DNA from: the human T2T-CHM13v2.0 reference genome, Homo sapiens | Direction: 5' to 3' (one strand) | DNA length: 64,000 bases | Assembly: GCF_009914755.1 (NCBI RefSeq) | Contig: NC_060935.1 | Part shown: positions 15,481 to 38,169 of the stretch, in pieces | Layout: every line of letters begins with the position of its first letter | Numbering within the stretch: the stretch's first letter is position 1 | The notes under the pieces: generated by a model | The model's input: the letters and a program-made list of their open reading frames with translations, nothing else | What the model was told of the DNA's origin: nothing | Databases searched by the model: none | Made by a program: the position numbers and the translations under genes

Positions 15481-18400
15481 ATTTAGTGTGGGGGGTCCTG
15501 AGGGTGGAGGACTTAGGGAAAGGTGTGGCTCTTGGAATTCTGAGTGTCAGCATAGCTGCTCCCTTCCCTCACTCCCTCTGCCCTTCTCCATTCACCAGGC
15601 ATCTTATCTGTGTAACCCACAGATTGTAATTATGGGTTCTCAGGCCTGCACCCCAACCCAGGGGCTGTGCCATGCTGTGTGTGCTTCATAGCTGCCCCTC
15701 CTGGACCTAGTGCAGGGCTGGGCCCAGAGTGGGCCTTGATAACATTTGTTGTCTGGAATTAAATCAGCAGCTCACTAGTGGAATCTGCCCAGGCCTGGCT
15801 AGAAACTGGGAGCTGTAGCCAGTCCCTCCTGCCCTGTCCTCAGGGGCCCTCAGCCACCGAGGATGCCTGCCTGTTGCTACGCTGGAGAACATTTTGTCAT
15901 GTTTACTAACAAGGAATCCGAGGGGTGGAGTGGGATGGGGACCAAGGAGGGTGTTCTGTAACACCACAGGGCAGAGAGGGATGGAGATGGACTCAGGGAC
16001 AAGGTCAGGTTACAGAAATGGACTTTGGCAGGAGCATTGACATGGGGCAGGGGCAGAGACAGCAGGAAGCAGAGGGCAGGGGGAGTGAGATGTGGGTTTC
16101 CTGTGGGGCCCTCCCTTCCTGGGCAGGATGGAGAGAAGCTAGATGCCTCCCATGCCTCCCAGGGAGAGCTATGCCCAACAGGCATGTGAGAGCTCCCTTG
16201 GCATCCCTGGGGACTGATCACAGAGCACCGGAGACTCAAACTCACAACTCTCCTGGGTTCTTATAAGAAGGAATTTCAACTCTCAGATTTTGTCTGCTGT
16301 GGGTGGCAAAGGATAATTGCTTTGGGAAAGGGCAATTTTGGGTGGAAGGAAGGGGATCTCCCTGGGCCCCAGTGTTTTGTGGATTGTGTGAGGCACCTGC
16401 AAGGCCTTGGAGAAATGGTGGGCTGGACAACAACAGCGAGGCCCTGGCCTAAGCTGACACTGCTGCTTGAGTCTTTAATGCATGTATTCTTTTCTTCACA
16501 AAGGACATTAAAAGGAGACCTTTTAGCATCAGGTTATATGAAGGACAAACAAAGTTAGGACAAATATGGGTCATCTTCCTGGAGCATCAATTTGACGTGA
16601 ACATTGGTGGGGAATAGCACCCCCACCTATGTTTATATTAAAACAAATATACATATAGGAGTAAAATACTGAATTTGCATAGATATATATTTAAGGAAAT
16701 AGGGAGCCTGGAGAGAAATTTCCAGTTTTAGAGGCATATTTAGGCGATGCTCTCAGACCCTTGGAATTCGTGTTCTTTCTTCTGCCCTTAGCACTGTCAC
16801 TTTGTCTCTATTTTACGAATGAGAAAAACAAGGTCTGGAGGGGTGCGTCAGCAACTTGCCTATGTGATAACACAGAACAAGGAGGTAAGGGTAGGACTGG
16901 AACCCACATTGCTGGGCTCTGCATTCAGCATGTTACCTGCTACACAATAGTGAATCTAGAGTTTCATGCTTTAGTATTTTGATTTCAGTAGTGCCATGGA
17001 AATAACCAAATCTCACCTGTCCAAGTCGTCTTTGGGCACAGCCCCATGTTTCAAATCAATCAAGTCTAGTGGGAGGCAATGTGGGGTAGTGGAGTTAGGG
17101 GCTGAAAGTCAAGAGACTGGAGTTTACCTTTAACCAGTTCTTTAGATAATAAAGCTCCGTGACTTTAGGCAAATGGCTTAACGCCTCCGGGTTTACCTTC
17201 CCTATCTGTAACATGTGGTAGCTACACAAGATATTGCCTAACAGCCTGGCCTTCTATGATGTGGGACCACTGCTTGCCTTTCTAGAACCTTCAGACCTGT
17301 AGATGGGCTCTTCTTGGACATTCTGGAGTCCCTGGGGGAAAGGGAAGTCTGAAGCTCAGTTGGCCACCTCTGCATAACAAATACCGAGAGCACTGCAAGT
17401 GGAGCTTGGACAAGGTCTGGAAAATCAGCCTTCTTCTGGATGCCTCCAGCCTTTGCTATCATCTGCCTAGGAGGTTGGAAGTTACTCAAGCGGCTCAAGG
17501 AAAAGGTATTGTGAGCATGCACCAGGTCATGTGATTGGAAGGGCTATCTGCTCCTGGCCTGAGGCCAGCACCCAAAGCTGTCCACATCTCCCAGGGACAG
17601 CAGCATCTTTCTTCTTTACTACATTCTCTCTCCTCTCATCTTGATTGGCTTCCTCTGCCTGTACATGGCTAACTTTGCTACCAGCCAGAGTGGGAGTAAC
17701 CCACAGCCCCTAAGTCCCCTCCAGAGAGGGCTGTCAACAGGGCTGGCTGCTGAGCTGGGGAAGGTGGGAGGGTCTCACCATCCCATATGTAGATTTCACT
17801 TAATTTCCCTGCTTTCAGGACAGTGCTTCACCTTTAACTTCCTCTTTGCCAGGTATCGCTTATCCTTGAGTGTCTCTGGATCAGTTTCTCTGGAGATGAA
17901 ATTATCTATGGCCTACCAGGATAGTTTCCAGGCAGTGCAGAGTTGGGAGGAGGACTGGGGTAGAAACACTTTCTTATAAAGACTTCTGCCCTATCCACCT
18001 GTTTTCAGCCCCATTTTTCACCCTGGCTCCAATGCATGAGGCTTTGTGGGGTCGGTGGTCGGAATTTGCTTGCTTCTTGCTAACATTTCTCTTTGCATTC
18101 ACTTTGGTTTCAGCTCTCTCTGCTTTGCTAAGCTGGTTATCATCCAGCTTCTTACCTCTTCCAATAATTATTGACTTCTCTTGTCCTCTGTCATGTTCAT
18201 GCCATTCTCTTTGCTCTTGTGGGCTCACTCTTTTTCTTTTTTAACAAAATTTCATTACTTTTACTTTAGTGGGTGTCAGGATGGAATGGACATACCACAT
18301 GTGTTTACACCCCCATGTTTCATTAGAAATCCTAGTCACTGTTCAACACATTCTCTCAGCTCCATCAGTCCTTTGAAGCTGTTCTTGTCAAGGACACCAC

Positions 18401-19279
18401 CATTTCCATGTTGCCAAATCTCTTGGTCACTTTGCTGTCTGTCTTCATAATACTCAGTCTCTCAGCAGCATTCCACACACTTGACCACTCTTGAAAAACT
18501 TGCTTCTTTTGACCTTCATGATAACACATGCTTCTGATTTGTCTGCTACATCCACTGAGCATGCTTCACCCTCTCTTGCTATATCTTCCTCTTCTGGGAA
18601 TTCCCATGGACTCTTTCTTTGGTCCTCTTCTTTTCTCTATCTATACACTTTCCCTAGCTGATCTCATCTAGTCCTAGGGCTTTAAATACTTTCTATATAC
18701 CAATGACTCTCACATATTTATCTGCAGCCTTGATAGCTTCCCTGAATCTCAACTATCTACTTCTCCCAGACATCTCCATTTGGATGCCTAATAGCATCTT
18801 AAACTTAACTGGGCAAACCTGAACTCTTGATTTTCACCGCCAAACCAGTTCCTTCTTAGTATTTCCCATCAAAGTCATGCTCATACACTGAGTGGCTGAA
18901 GGCCAAAACTCAGGATCATGCTTCACTCTGCTCTTCCTTTCTCCTTTCCCATTTACTATGTCAGCAAGCCCTGTCGGTGCCTCCATGATATATGATTAGT
19001 GAGTCTGCTTCTCCATTGCCACTGCTGACTGACTGCTCCTGTCAAGGCCACCATCATGTGTTGCCTGGGCTATTCCAGTTGACTCCTGAGTGGTTTCCTG
19101 GCTTCCACTATGGCCCTCCAAGGATCCACCTTCCGCATAGTAGCCAAATGATTCCATTAAACATGTCTATCAGGTTATGCCACTCCTTTGTTTAAAATTT
19201 TCCAGTGATTTCCTGTTGCCTTAAAATAAATTTCACACTTCTTACCAAGGCCTCTGCTCCTCTGCAAACTCTTTCTCTT

Positions 19280-19533
19280 CTTTTTAGAGATGAGGTCTTA
19301 CTATTGCCCAGGGTGGGGTGCAGCAGCTTCATCATGTTTCACTGCAGCCTCAAACTCCCAGGCCCTGTCTCAGCCTCCCAAGTAACTAAGTCAACAGGCA
19401 TACCCCACCTCACCTGGCTAATTTTAATTTTTTTTAAAAAAGAGATTTGGTCTTACTATGTTGCCCAGGCTGGTCTTGAACTCCTGGCCTCCCAAAGTGC
19501 TGGGATTATGGGTGTGAGCCACTGTGCCCAGCC
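19280..19533 (-). mobile_element. AluJ-like with internal deletions
   Basis: Reverse-strand Alu motifs; flanking aaactc repeats. Confidence 0.85.
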
Positions 19534-19786
19534 TAAACTCCTTTTTTTTTTTTTTTTACACAGGCTTAATCCACTATGGCCTTTCTGGTCATCTCCCATT
19601 CCTACCCCAGGACCTTTATACTTGTTCTTCCTTCTGCCCAAGAAGGAAGACTGCAGCCACAATCTTGATGCTTACTGCAGCCACAACTCCTCATCATTCA
19701 GGTGCAAGCTCATACATTCTCAGAGAGGCTCTCTTAGTCTATTTTATCTAAAGTAGGAACCCCTTCTCCCAAATCATTTGCTAGAA

Positions 19787-20146
19787 CAGTGGTCCCCAAC
19801 CTTTTCGGCACCAGGGACTGGTTTCATGGAAGACAATTTTTCCAGGAATGGTTTTGGGATGAAACTGTTCCACCTCAGATCATCAGGGATTAGATTCTCA
19901 TAAGGAGCGTACAACCTAGATTCTTCCATGTGCAGTTCACAATAGGGTTCGCACTCCTATGAGTATCTAATGCCACCACTGATCTGACAGGAGGTGGAGC
20001 TCTGGTGCTAATGTGAGCGATGAGGAGAGGCTGTAAATACAGAGGAAGCTTCACTTGCTTGCTGGCCCACAGCTCACCTCCTGCTGTGCCACCCAGTTCC
20101 TAACAGGCCATGGACAGGTACTGGTTCATGGCCCTGGGGACCCGTG
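19787..20146. mobile_element. MER1 (Charlie3-derived hAT MITE)
   Basis: Termini 'cagtggtccccaacc' and 'ggggacccgtg'; 8-bp TSD tgctagaa/ctctagaa. Confidence 0.9.
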
Positions 20147-21425
20147 CTCTAGAACATCACTTTGTTTTGCTTGTCTTAAAAAATTCATAGTAGGTATCAT
20201 TATCCAAAATTATTTTATTTGTTTACTTGCATACCAGCTAACTCTCCCCATTAAAAAATGGACTCTATGAGAAAGGGTCCTTGTCTGCATTGCTCATTTT
20301 TCATATCTTTATCTACCACAGTGCTTGGAATACAATAGGTGCTCAATACATACATGTACAATAAATGAATGAATGACCAGTTAAGCTAAAGGGACTAGGA
20401 GTAGAGACAGTCCCTGGAGAGGGGGATGTGGGTAGAACAGGCATTCCACAGCGTGTCTCTTGAACTTTTGCTTCATTCTAGGCCAGAGTATGACACAAAG
20501 TCTCCTAATTTTATAAAGGGTCAGTAAGCACAAATTGAAGGGAAAGGTGAGGGCAGGGGCAGTGGATGTGGGGAGCGTGGGACAGCTCAGGAAAGGTGCA
20601 GTACGTGTTGCTCTGCAAAGATTTTGCTCCATTCTTTTGTCCCAAGCCGCACAGCTTTTCCATTGTGACATTCTGTAACTTTCTGGAAATTTTTTTTTTA
20701 TGGCCCTTGGGTAATTTTCCACGTGGTCAGCCAGCTCCGTCAAGTGCAATGGTGAGGAGTGGGACTCAGAATGGCTGGGAGGCCCCGAGACCATCAGACA
20801 GGGAAGATGCATGTCGTTTGCACCCGGCACTGACTTCCAGCTCCCTTTTGCGTAGGAGGCTCCTGGACTGTGACATACAGGATGTTCCTGTGTGGCTCTT
20901 TTTAAGGAAGCCTATTTTTCCTCCATGTTAAAACTAAAATCTGTGGTCTAGCTCGGAGCAGATGTTAAGAGCACATTCTCTCTAAGAGTGTGGGCTGGAG
21001 TGTGGGCAATGGCTATTTATCACCGTTTCCTTTTCTTTGTGTTTCTCTGTGGTTATTGAAGTTTTTGGTTTGGGGAAAAACAACAAAAACAAAAATAGCA
21101 ACATATTTATGAACAAAGAAGAGAGCTAAAACTTAACATCTGGAAGAGAGGAAAGAGGGGAGTAAGGTGCCTGAAAATAATTTCCTTTAGGAGTGACTGG
21201 AGGCTTCAGGGGGATCACAGCACTCCTGTGGAATTTTTACAGAACTAAGGAAGGCTGGAGTCAGCCAAACTTTTGAAACCTCAGCATCCTAAACCTCAAC
21301 TCTTGCTGCCCTGAGAAGAGCATGAGCCGGCCAAGCCCTGGTGGCGGCTTCCCCAGGACCTCCCACTTCCTTCCTGATGTGCCTGCAGTCCTGGAGCTGT
21401 GATCGCCTCTTCTTTAGCTTCTTAG

Positions 21426-21800
<375 letters not shown>

Positions 21801-22520
21801 GACACATTCTTATTAACTTGATGGCACAGTTGGCTGGCAGGTTCCCAGGTCATGTTCTCAGTGATTGGAGTTCTTGCTGTTTCTTGGACTCCTTCATGTC
21901 TCACCCAGTCCTAAGTCCCTTCCTTGCTTCTTAATTAATTTATGTCCTTGTGTAATATGTGGCACACCCACATAGCCATGAGGCATGTTCAGGCTGTGTT
22001 TTTTAATGTTCTGGCTTGTTCTACATTTGCCAAGTGGGCAAGGACAGCAGTTACCTGATTGGCTCCATTTGGGCAGCAGAACCCAAACAGTGACTACCTG
22101 TTGGAATCCACCTGGCCTAGGTATCTTTTGTTTGTTTGTTTAAATAACAACAAGCATTTCTTATGGTGTTTTGTTTTCTCCTGAACTCTGTAAAGACAAT
22201 GGCAACACAGAGGTCAGTCTAGAATGACTATACTGGCACTAGGAGATGAGAACTATACAAGTGGAATTAAGCAAATGTATAGACACAAAATCATCACAAA
22301 AAGGGTGAAGTGCTGTTCAGTTATTGATGCCAGTCCCTCTTCTCTAGGGGACTGTGACAGCTGTAGCCAGATGTGTCCAGGAGATTATCTCTGTCCTGAT
22401 TCTGTCAGCATCCTCTTCATTTATTGTCTGGTTTTGCTTCTAAGTCTTCTTCTGCATCTCAAGCTGTCTGCATGCCATACTGTCTGCATTGAAATGATTT
22501 GCTTGCTTAAAATGAGTCTT

Positions 22521-22789
22521 GGCCAGGTGCAGTGGCTCACGCCTGTAATCCCAGCACTTCGGAGGCCAAGGACTCCTGAGGTCAAGAGTTCGAGAGAAGC
22601 CTGGCCAACATGGTGAAACCTCATCTCTACTAAAAATACAAAATTAGCCAAGTGTGGTGGCACATACCTGTAATCCCAGCTGAGACAGGAGAATCGCTTG
22701 AACCCGGGAGGCAGAGGCTGCCGTGAGCCGAGGTGCCACTGCACTTCAGCCTGGGCAAGACAGAGGGAGACTCTGTCTCAAAAAAAAAA
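22521..22789 (+). mobile_element. AluS with small deletions
   Basis: Alu dimer; TSD aaaatgRgtctt. Confidence 0.92.
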
Positions 22790-22879
22790 TGGGTCTTAAT
22801 ATCAATAGTGGGGAATTCTCAGTCTCTCCATCAGCAGGTGCTGAAAGCTCACAATAAAGGAGAAAATTTTCAATAGCTG

Positions 22880-23170
<291 letters not shown>

Positions 23171-24088
23171 CAGTAGTCATGTTTTTGAGGAAGTTTATTT
23201 TTATCCAGTATGTTTGGCTCTGCATGGGTTCCTTAAGATACTAGGGACTGTCTTTGGGTCACAAAGCCAGCATGACACTAACATGGGTCTCAATATCCTT
23301 TGCTTGATAGCTTTGGACCTGAACATCACCTGACAGCTCCACACACTGTGTTCTGGCTTGTTCCTAATCCTGCCAGTTCCTGACCTGCCATTGTTCCATG
23401 TTTGGCTTCACCTTGTCTTTTGCACCTGACATTTGGTCCGTGCTGCTGGCTCTATTCCACCTATGGCAACCTGAATAAAAACTCTCTTTCCAGCCTTGTT
23501 TCTAAAGCTCTTCCTTGGCCCAGATCCCCCTAGGTGGCTTCTACCAGCCTTGTCCAGTTGAGGAGCATGGCCTAGACACCTGTGAGGGTCTCTGCCTGCC
23601 TCCAGCTGTGCCCAGGATTGGCTTCTCCTCAGCTGTGCCTCATGCTGGGCCACATCATGGGAGCAGGCTGGTCAGCAGGGGTGGATGCTGACCTACAAAG
23701 GGCTCCTTACTGCCAAAAGTCATTGATTCCCCATCCTTCTGGTCTACCATTAAACATCTGTAGCCACTTAGGGTTTTGACTTTTAACTATTTCTTGACCA
23801 CATACCTCCATTACCCTCCAGAGAGCACCCTTTTAGAAATAAATGTAATAGTTACTACATTTGTTCAATGATTTACAGTCAACAGAGCACTTTAGTATAT
23901 TCACATGTATTATCTCATTTCCATACTTTCTTTTTTTAAGCAAACATAAAATAATTTTATCAGATACAACAAAAATTAAAACATAACAAAAGTATCACAT
24001 ATAATGTTATATTCCCATTTAAATATAACATAGAAAAATACTACAAAATAAGAAATACAAAACCAAAACCTAGATAAGATTTTATTTA

Positions 24089-26353
<2,265 letters not shown>

Positions 26354-26740
26354 TTAATAGCAATTTTTTCCAGTTTGATTAAAATGGTATAATTGGTACT
26401 AACTCAAAAAAGAAGAAAAAAATACACATATATATAGTTTAAATGACATCTTTTCAAAAACTACACTCAAAGTTTGCAATTGAATCTCAGTTGACTATCT
26501 CCAGTTTCAAGTCATTGTAATATAAAACTTGACTGCACAACATTCACTTTGCTAATATGAAAACCAAGCGAGACACCCAAGAGCAAATGACTGAAAACCA
26601 CTTCTTAGCCAACATACATTGTATTCATCATATCCCCTCCATCAAATACCTTTCTCACATATTGAAATTGACCTCACTATTCCTTGCAACATGCACAATT
26701 CAGGCAAAGGATCCATGCAAAGCACTTTGATATTTTACAC

Positions 26741-33080
<6,340 letters not shown>

Positions 33081-34049
33081 TACATTTATTTTTTTTTTTA
33101 AGTTTATTGTGACTCACAGAATTAATTTCATGCCTCACTAATGGGTCACACACATAGTATAAAAAATACTCATAGAGAGACATGTTGTGCCCTTTGCTGT
33201 GTTGGTGCCTCGAGTATGTCAGCTTGATGATGAAAGAGACTAGCTGATCTGCTAGACTGTTGACTCGTATAAGAATATCTTGAAGTGGTAGGAATGTATC
33301 TTAAATTTTCATTCCTGATACTTTTTCATGGGAAGCGTTTTTAAGAGTGCCAGCTATGCTCTGATCTAGTGAGGAGCCAATGAGGTTTTCCATGGCTAGG
33401 TCAAATATCAGGTTGGAGCTGATGATATATTTTTATGGAACTCTCCTGGAGTGCATCCTTGACCTCCAGCTCAGCTGCTGCGACCCGGCTAGGCCCAGGA
33501 CCACAAGCCTCACATCTCTCCAGTGGAGCTGCCATTGGCCTTGCCCCCGATTCCCTCTGAAACACCACGTCCCCATACTCTCTTCTAATTTCTTTTGCAA
33601 AGAAGACTGAAAGCCAGCTTATCTAGTAGGCACATTAGGGACCAGCCCTATAAAAAAGTATTAATTTTAATTTCTTTTAAAAATAGAAAAAAATGAATAT
33701 AAAATATATAACAACGAACCCAAACTGGATTATATTTGTCTTTATACTCATGAATTCATAAAATATAATTTTAAGTATTATTTTATGGAGGAAGGAGCTC
33801 AGAAAGACAAACGTATTGGGGACTCACAAAAGCCATAAATAATTTGGCCCTGATATTGGCCCTGATAGGACCCTGACTCATTGGCCATTTTGGTGCATTG
33901 ACTTGCTGTGTAAATTTGGATATGTTTCTTAATATAAGGGTTTTTTTTTTCTGCCAGAAAAATGGGAAGAAAAATTTCTGTACCCGCTTATTTCCCAGGG
34001 CTTTTGTTAAGACAAAGGTAATAACTCTGACAGTGTCTAAACTTTTCAG

Positions 34050-34600
34050 AAGATTGGTTTATATAATAGGACTATTTCAATTGCACATAACAGGTATCCA
34101 TCTCAAATCAACATAGAAAGAAAGGAAATATATTGGTGATCATAACTGAAAACTCTAGGTTTCAGCTTTAAGTGTAGCTGGCTCAGGAAACCCAAAAATT
34201 TTGCCAGGAATCTGTTTCTCTCTTTTCCTCTCTTGTGGGCCTGCTTCTCTCTATGATGAATTTCTTTCCTAGCACACTTTTCCCACATGTTGAAAGAATC
34301 TCAAAGACTCCAGGTTTTCAGAATCCTTAAGCTTGTGACCTCAGAAGAAGAGACTCCTCCTAGAGCCCCCCCTGTTCCTCAGAGGACTCCAACTGCTCAT
34401 TGCTTGGGCATCTTGGACATCCCTGTGTCCAGGGGATGGGTCTTCTGTCTGGCCAGCTTGTCATATTTGCCCCTCTTCCTCCCTATTACTTGAGTGGCAG
34501 TCCCACAAGTCTCCCTTGGAAGCAAGGGCAGAACCATTTCTAAGTGAAGAAACACAAGCAGACCAAATAACATGTCCATTCCAGGGCTGATCAGTCTGAG
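34050..34600 (-). mobile_element. Old MLT1-type LTR
   Basis: 'aggactatttcaattgcacataacag...aaaggaaatatattgg...gctttaagtgtagctggctcagg'. Confidence 0.55.
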
Positions 34601-34874
34601 GCATTGTTAAAATTATCCCTCTTGCAGGACGTTAGAACCAATTGAGATTCATTCAGAACCTCTACTTAATTTTCCAGATGTGAGTTCTGTGTGTGACCAT
34701 CAGGGTTTAGTAGATACTGCACAGACTCATTTAATTGTCACAAAACCTGTGAGGCAATTATTAGCTCTACTTCTACAGATAATAAATGTAAAAAATTATT
34801 GAGAGCTTGCCATAAACTAAGCACTTTGCTAAAAACCCTACATATATCTAATAAAAATTCCATGAGGTGCTGAG

Positions 34875-35290
34875 TCTGTTGAGGTTCTTTAGATTGTAAG
34901 CAACAGAAACCAAATCTAGCTAGTCAGGAAAAGAACAAATGAATTGAAAGGATGATAGAGTATCTAATGGATACCCTGTCAGAGGAAGGATTGAACAATC
35001 AAAACTTGGAAGGACAAGAACCCATTCTTGCCTGATCTTGTCCCCTTAGGAGGTGAATTTGGGGTTAAACCTGGTGCAGCACTGCTAGCTCCTAGCCCCT
35101 ATTATCACTCTGTTCCAAATACCACGTTTCAGGGTGGGAGAATCTGATTGGCCTATCTTGGGTCAGGTGTATATCCCTGGACCAATCAGGTTGAAGGACC
35201 CTGTAACATAGGCATGGCCACCAGGCTCTCTCAGGTTTATATAGGAGCTGTGCTCAGAGAAATGGAATCCCTGTGAGCTGATTGGTCACT
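34875..35290 (-). mobile_element. Old MLT1-type LTR
   Basis: 'ggttctttagattgtaagcaacagaaacc' and 'gagaatctgattggcctatcttgggtcaggtg...ggaccaatcag'. Confidence 0.6.
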
Positions 35291-35299
35291 CAAAGGGAG

Positions 35300-35780
35300 A
35301 TAACTGCAAGCACACAATTCTATCACTCAGGGCTTTGGCACATTGAAAAGTGGGTAATTGAAGAGCATTTAATGAGGGGATTAAGTGAGAAGAGTTTAGG
35401 GAAAGCAACAAAGGATGTTGCAGTATCTTGGGGCTAGTGAGTATGGGAGCTGTTACCATCCCAGGCCTGAAGGGGAAAGAGGAGGTAGTGGCTTCTGGAA
35501 CCTATGGAAAGAGCTGTCAAAAGGCTGCCTGAAAGTAGTTTCAGTCTCTGGGAGAGGGTCATAACCAACCCTTAGCAACCCAGTGGTGTGGGTACCAGGG
35601 GAATAAGCACCAAGATGTCACTCTCCTCCCACCTTCCCATTTCATGGGTGCAACTAGAAGCCAGAGGGCAAAGGAGTCCCTGGATGTGGTTCATATAGGC
35701 CATCCTCCTGGGACACAGGTCAGGGTAGAGAGGAATGAGAGCACATATGGAAGGGCAAATAGAAGACATCCAAGACAATA
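35300..35780 (-). mobile_element. ERVL LTR fragment (LTR33-like)
   Basis: 'gggtaattgaagagcatttaatgaggggatta' and 'aactagaagccagagggcaaaggagtccctggatg'. Confidence 0.5.
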
Positions 35781-37224
35781 ATACAAATCCCAGTTTACAG
35801 ATGAATAATCTAAGGCTTGAAGGACTTAGTGACTTCTTTAGATTCACACAATCAACTCAAGGGAGGAGCTAGGACTTGAACTCAGCAAGTCTGACTCTGG
35901 AACCTGTGCTCTTAACCACTAGGCTCTATCATCTCTCGGATGAAGACCCTGAATTCAGACAGCAGATTGACTGTGCACAGCTCAGATGAATTACGTTATC
36001 TCACTGATCCCCTTGTAGTATCACCTCTTAGCTGCGGCAACAACAAGAGCTCCTAGTCCTGCTTCCCAGAATGGTGCTGGAAGATTCACACTTGCCATTT
36101 TCCCTCTAGACTCTCCCACTGGGATTCGCAGATCTACAGAGTGGTTTGAAATATCAGAGGCAGCCCAAGTAGAGTCCAAGCTTCTTGCCACCAGGCAGGC
36201 AGCTCTACTCTCCTGTGAGTAGGGATATGATTGAGATTTAAATTGAACTTCAATTAAGTCTCTCCTCTCTTAGTCCTCAGGGGGGCATTCTCATGCCTGG
36301 ACTAATGCACTTCTGAGAGCTAATACCATTATCAGATGCCTGTTCATCTCATATAAGTAGGCCTATTAGCGCCTCATCTGTCTTGCCTCCTGTTTCCTGC
36401 CACTGCTTAGAGCCCCCAGACAAGAGCACTTCCAATCAGGTATGCAGAGGGAAATATCATTAACAGTTATAATATTATCTGTATGGTTTTATTTCATGTC
36501 CCATTATTTTCTAGCTCTTTAGCTAATAATAGGTTATATCTGTTATACATTTAATGTATGCTAGGTACTGCACTGAAATGTCTCATTTCATGTTGACAAT
36601 AAACCTAGGAGGTAGGTAATATTTAATCCCCACTTTACAGATGAAGAAACCGAAGCTTATAGGGCTTAAGTATGCCTAAGGTGACATAATTAATAGACAG
36701 CAGATCCAAGATTTGAACCCAGATGGACTGGCTCCAGAGCTAAAACCACTTAATCATGATGCTTCTTAGAACCCTACATGGCCTGTATTCATAAAATAGT
36801 TGACTCTAGACACTCTTCTCCCCTTTCAAAGTGAAATTTTGATTTGTTTATGGAATGGGGTGTGGTGGAGACTACTAGTGATCACCAAATACCAATGTGT
36901 TCCTATAAAGTCCCTATTTCTGTTGCAGTTGATTTGGAGTTATGTGATGTGTAGCCCATCAGAAGTAAGCAGAAAACTTTGTGCCGTTTTCTATCCTGGA
37001 AATAACACCCCCGCCCCCTGGCCCCGCTGCATTATCAGCCACTCCTCTTCACTCCTTTCTATGGCTCCAGAAGTGAAGAGCTCTGAAATGCCTAAATTGC
37101 CAGATGGGAACATCTTTACTGCTTGGAGAAAGCCACACAGGAGTTACCTGACCTGCCTTGGATGGTGACATGAGTGAGAAATAAACCTTTGTTGGGTTAG
37201 ACTGCTAAGATTTAAACTTAAAAG

Positions 37225-37825
37225 TGTTTTTTTAATGTTTAGTTTTTGTGGCTACATAGTAGGTGTATATGTTTATGGGGTATATAGGATCTTTTGATAT
37301 GTGCATACAATGTATAATAGTCACATCAGGGTAAATGGAGTATCATCACCTCAAACATTTATTCTTTCTTTGTGTTACAAACAATCCCATTACACAGTTT
37401 TAGTAATTTAAAATATATAATTAAATTATCGTTAATGATAGCCACCCTGTTGTACTGTCAAATTCTAGATCTTATTTCTTTCTATTTTTTGTACCCACTG
37501 ATGAATCTCTCTTCCCCCTCACCCCACCAACTACCCTTCCAGCCCTCAGTAACCATCATTCTGCTCTCTATCTCCATGATTCAATTGTTTTAGTTTTTAG
37601 CTCTCACAAATAAGTGAGAACATGTGAAATTTGTCTAACTGTGTCTGGCTTATTTCACTTAACATAATGACCTCCAGTTCTATCCATATTTTTGCAAATG
37701 ACAGGATCTCATTTATTTAATGACTGAATAGTACTCCATTGTGTATATGTATTACATTTTCTTTATCCCTTTGTCTATTGATGGACACTTAGGTTGTTTC
37801 CAAATCTTGGCTATTGTGAATAGAC
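37225..37825 (-). mobile_element. L1MA 3' fragment
   Basis: 'tttttgtggctacatagtaggtgtatat...gtcacatcagggtaaatgg...ccaaatcttggctattgtgaatag'. Confidence 0.85.
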
Positions 37826-38169
37826 ACTAAGATTTTTGAGTTAATTTATTACTAGGGTATAGTTTATCATACTATGACTAATATAAATATCATACTAAGA
37901 CAGATATAGGTACATTGAAATAGGGCACTGCTATAATAGCTGATGGTGTGCTGAGAGGAAGCCTGGTGTTGGAGACCAGAAATATGTCAATGCATGTTAT
38001 GTTGTGCCAAAATATTACTAACCAATCTAACTTGGGAGGCAAGCTTCATATTTACTTATATGGCATCTCTAGGAAAAGAGACTGAAAAACAGAACATTAG
38101 TAGATGTGTTGGCTACTATTTCTGCATTTGGCAAGTATTACAAGAAAACTTCAGAATAGGACTGGCCAG

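Larger units (their letters stand above)
18330..20378 (+). mobile_element. Long L2 fragment interrupted by AluJ and MER1
   Basis: L2 motifs 'ctcagcagcattccacacacttgaccactc' and 'ctttaaatactttctatataccaatgactctcac'; 3' end 'aataggtgctcaata...aataaatgaatgaatga'. Confidence 0.75.

Noticed and set aside
19205-19756. 183-aa ORF and other Alu-overlapping ORFs
   Set aside because: Translations of Alu and L2 sequence.
33844-33867. 12-bp tandem duplication ttggccctgata at the end of a probable hAT MITE
   Set aside because: Ordinary slippage duplication with no further structure.
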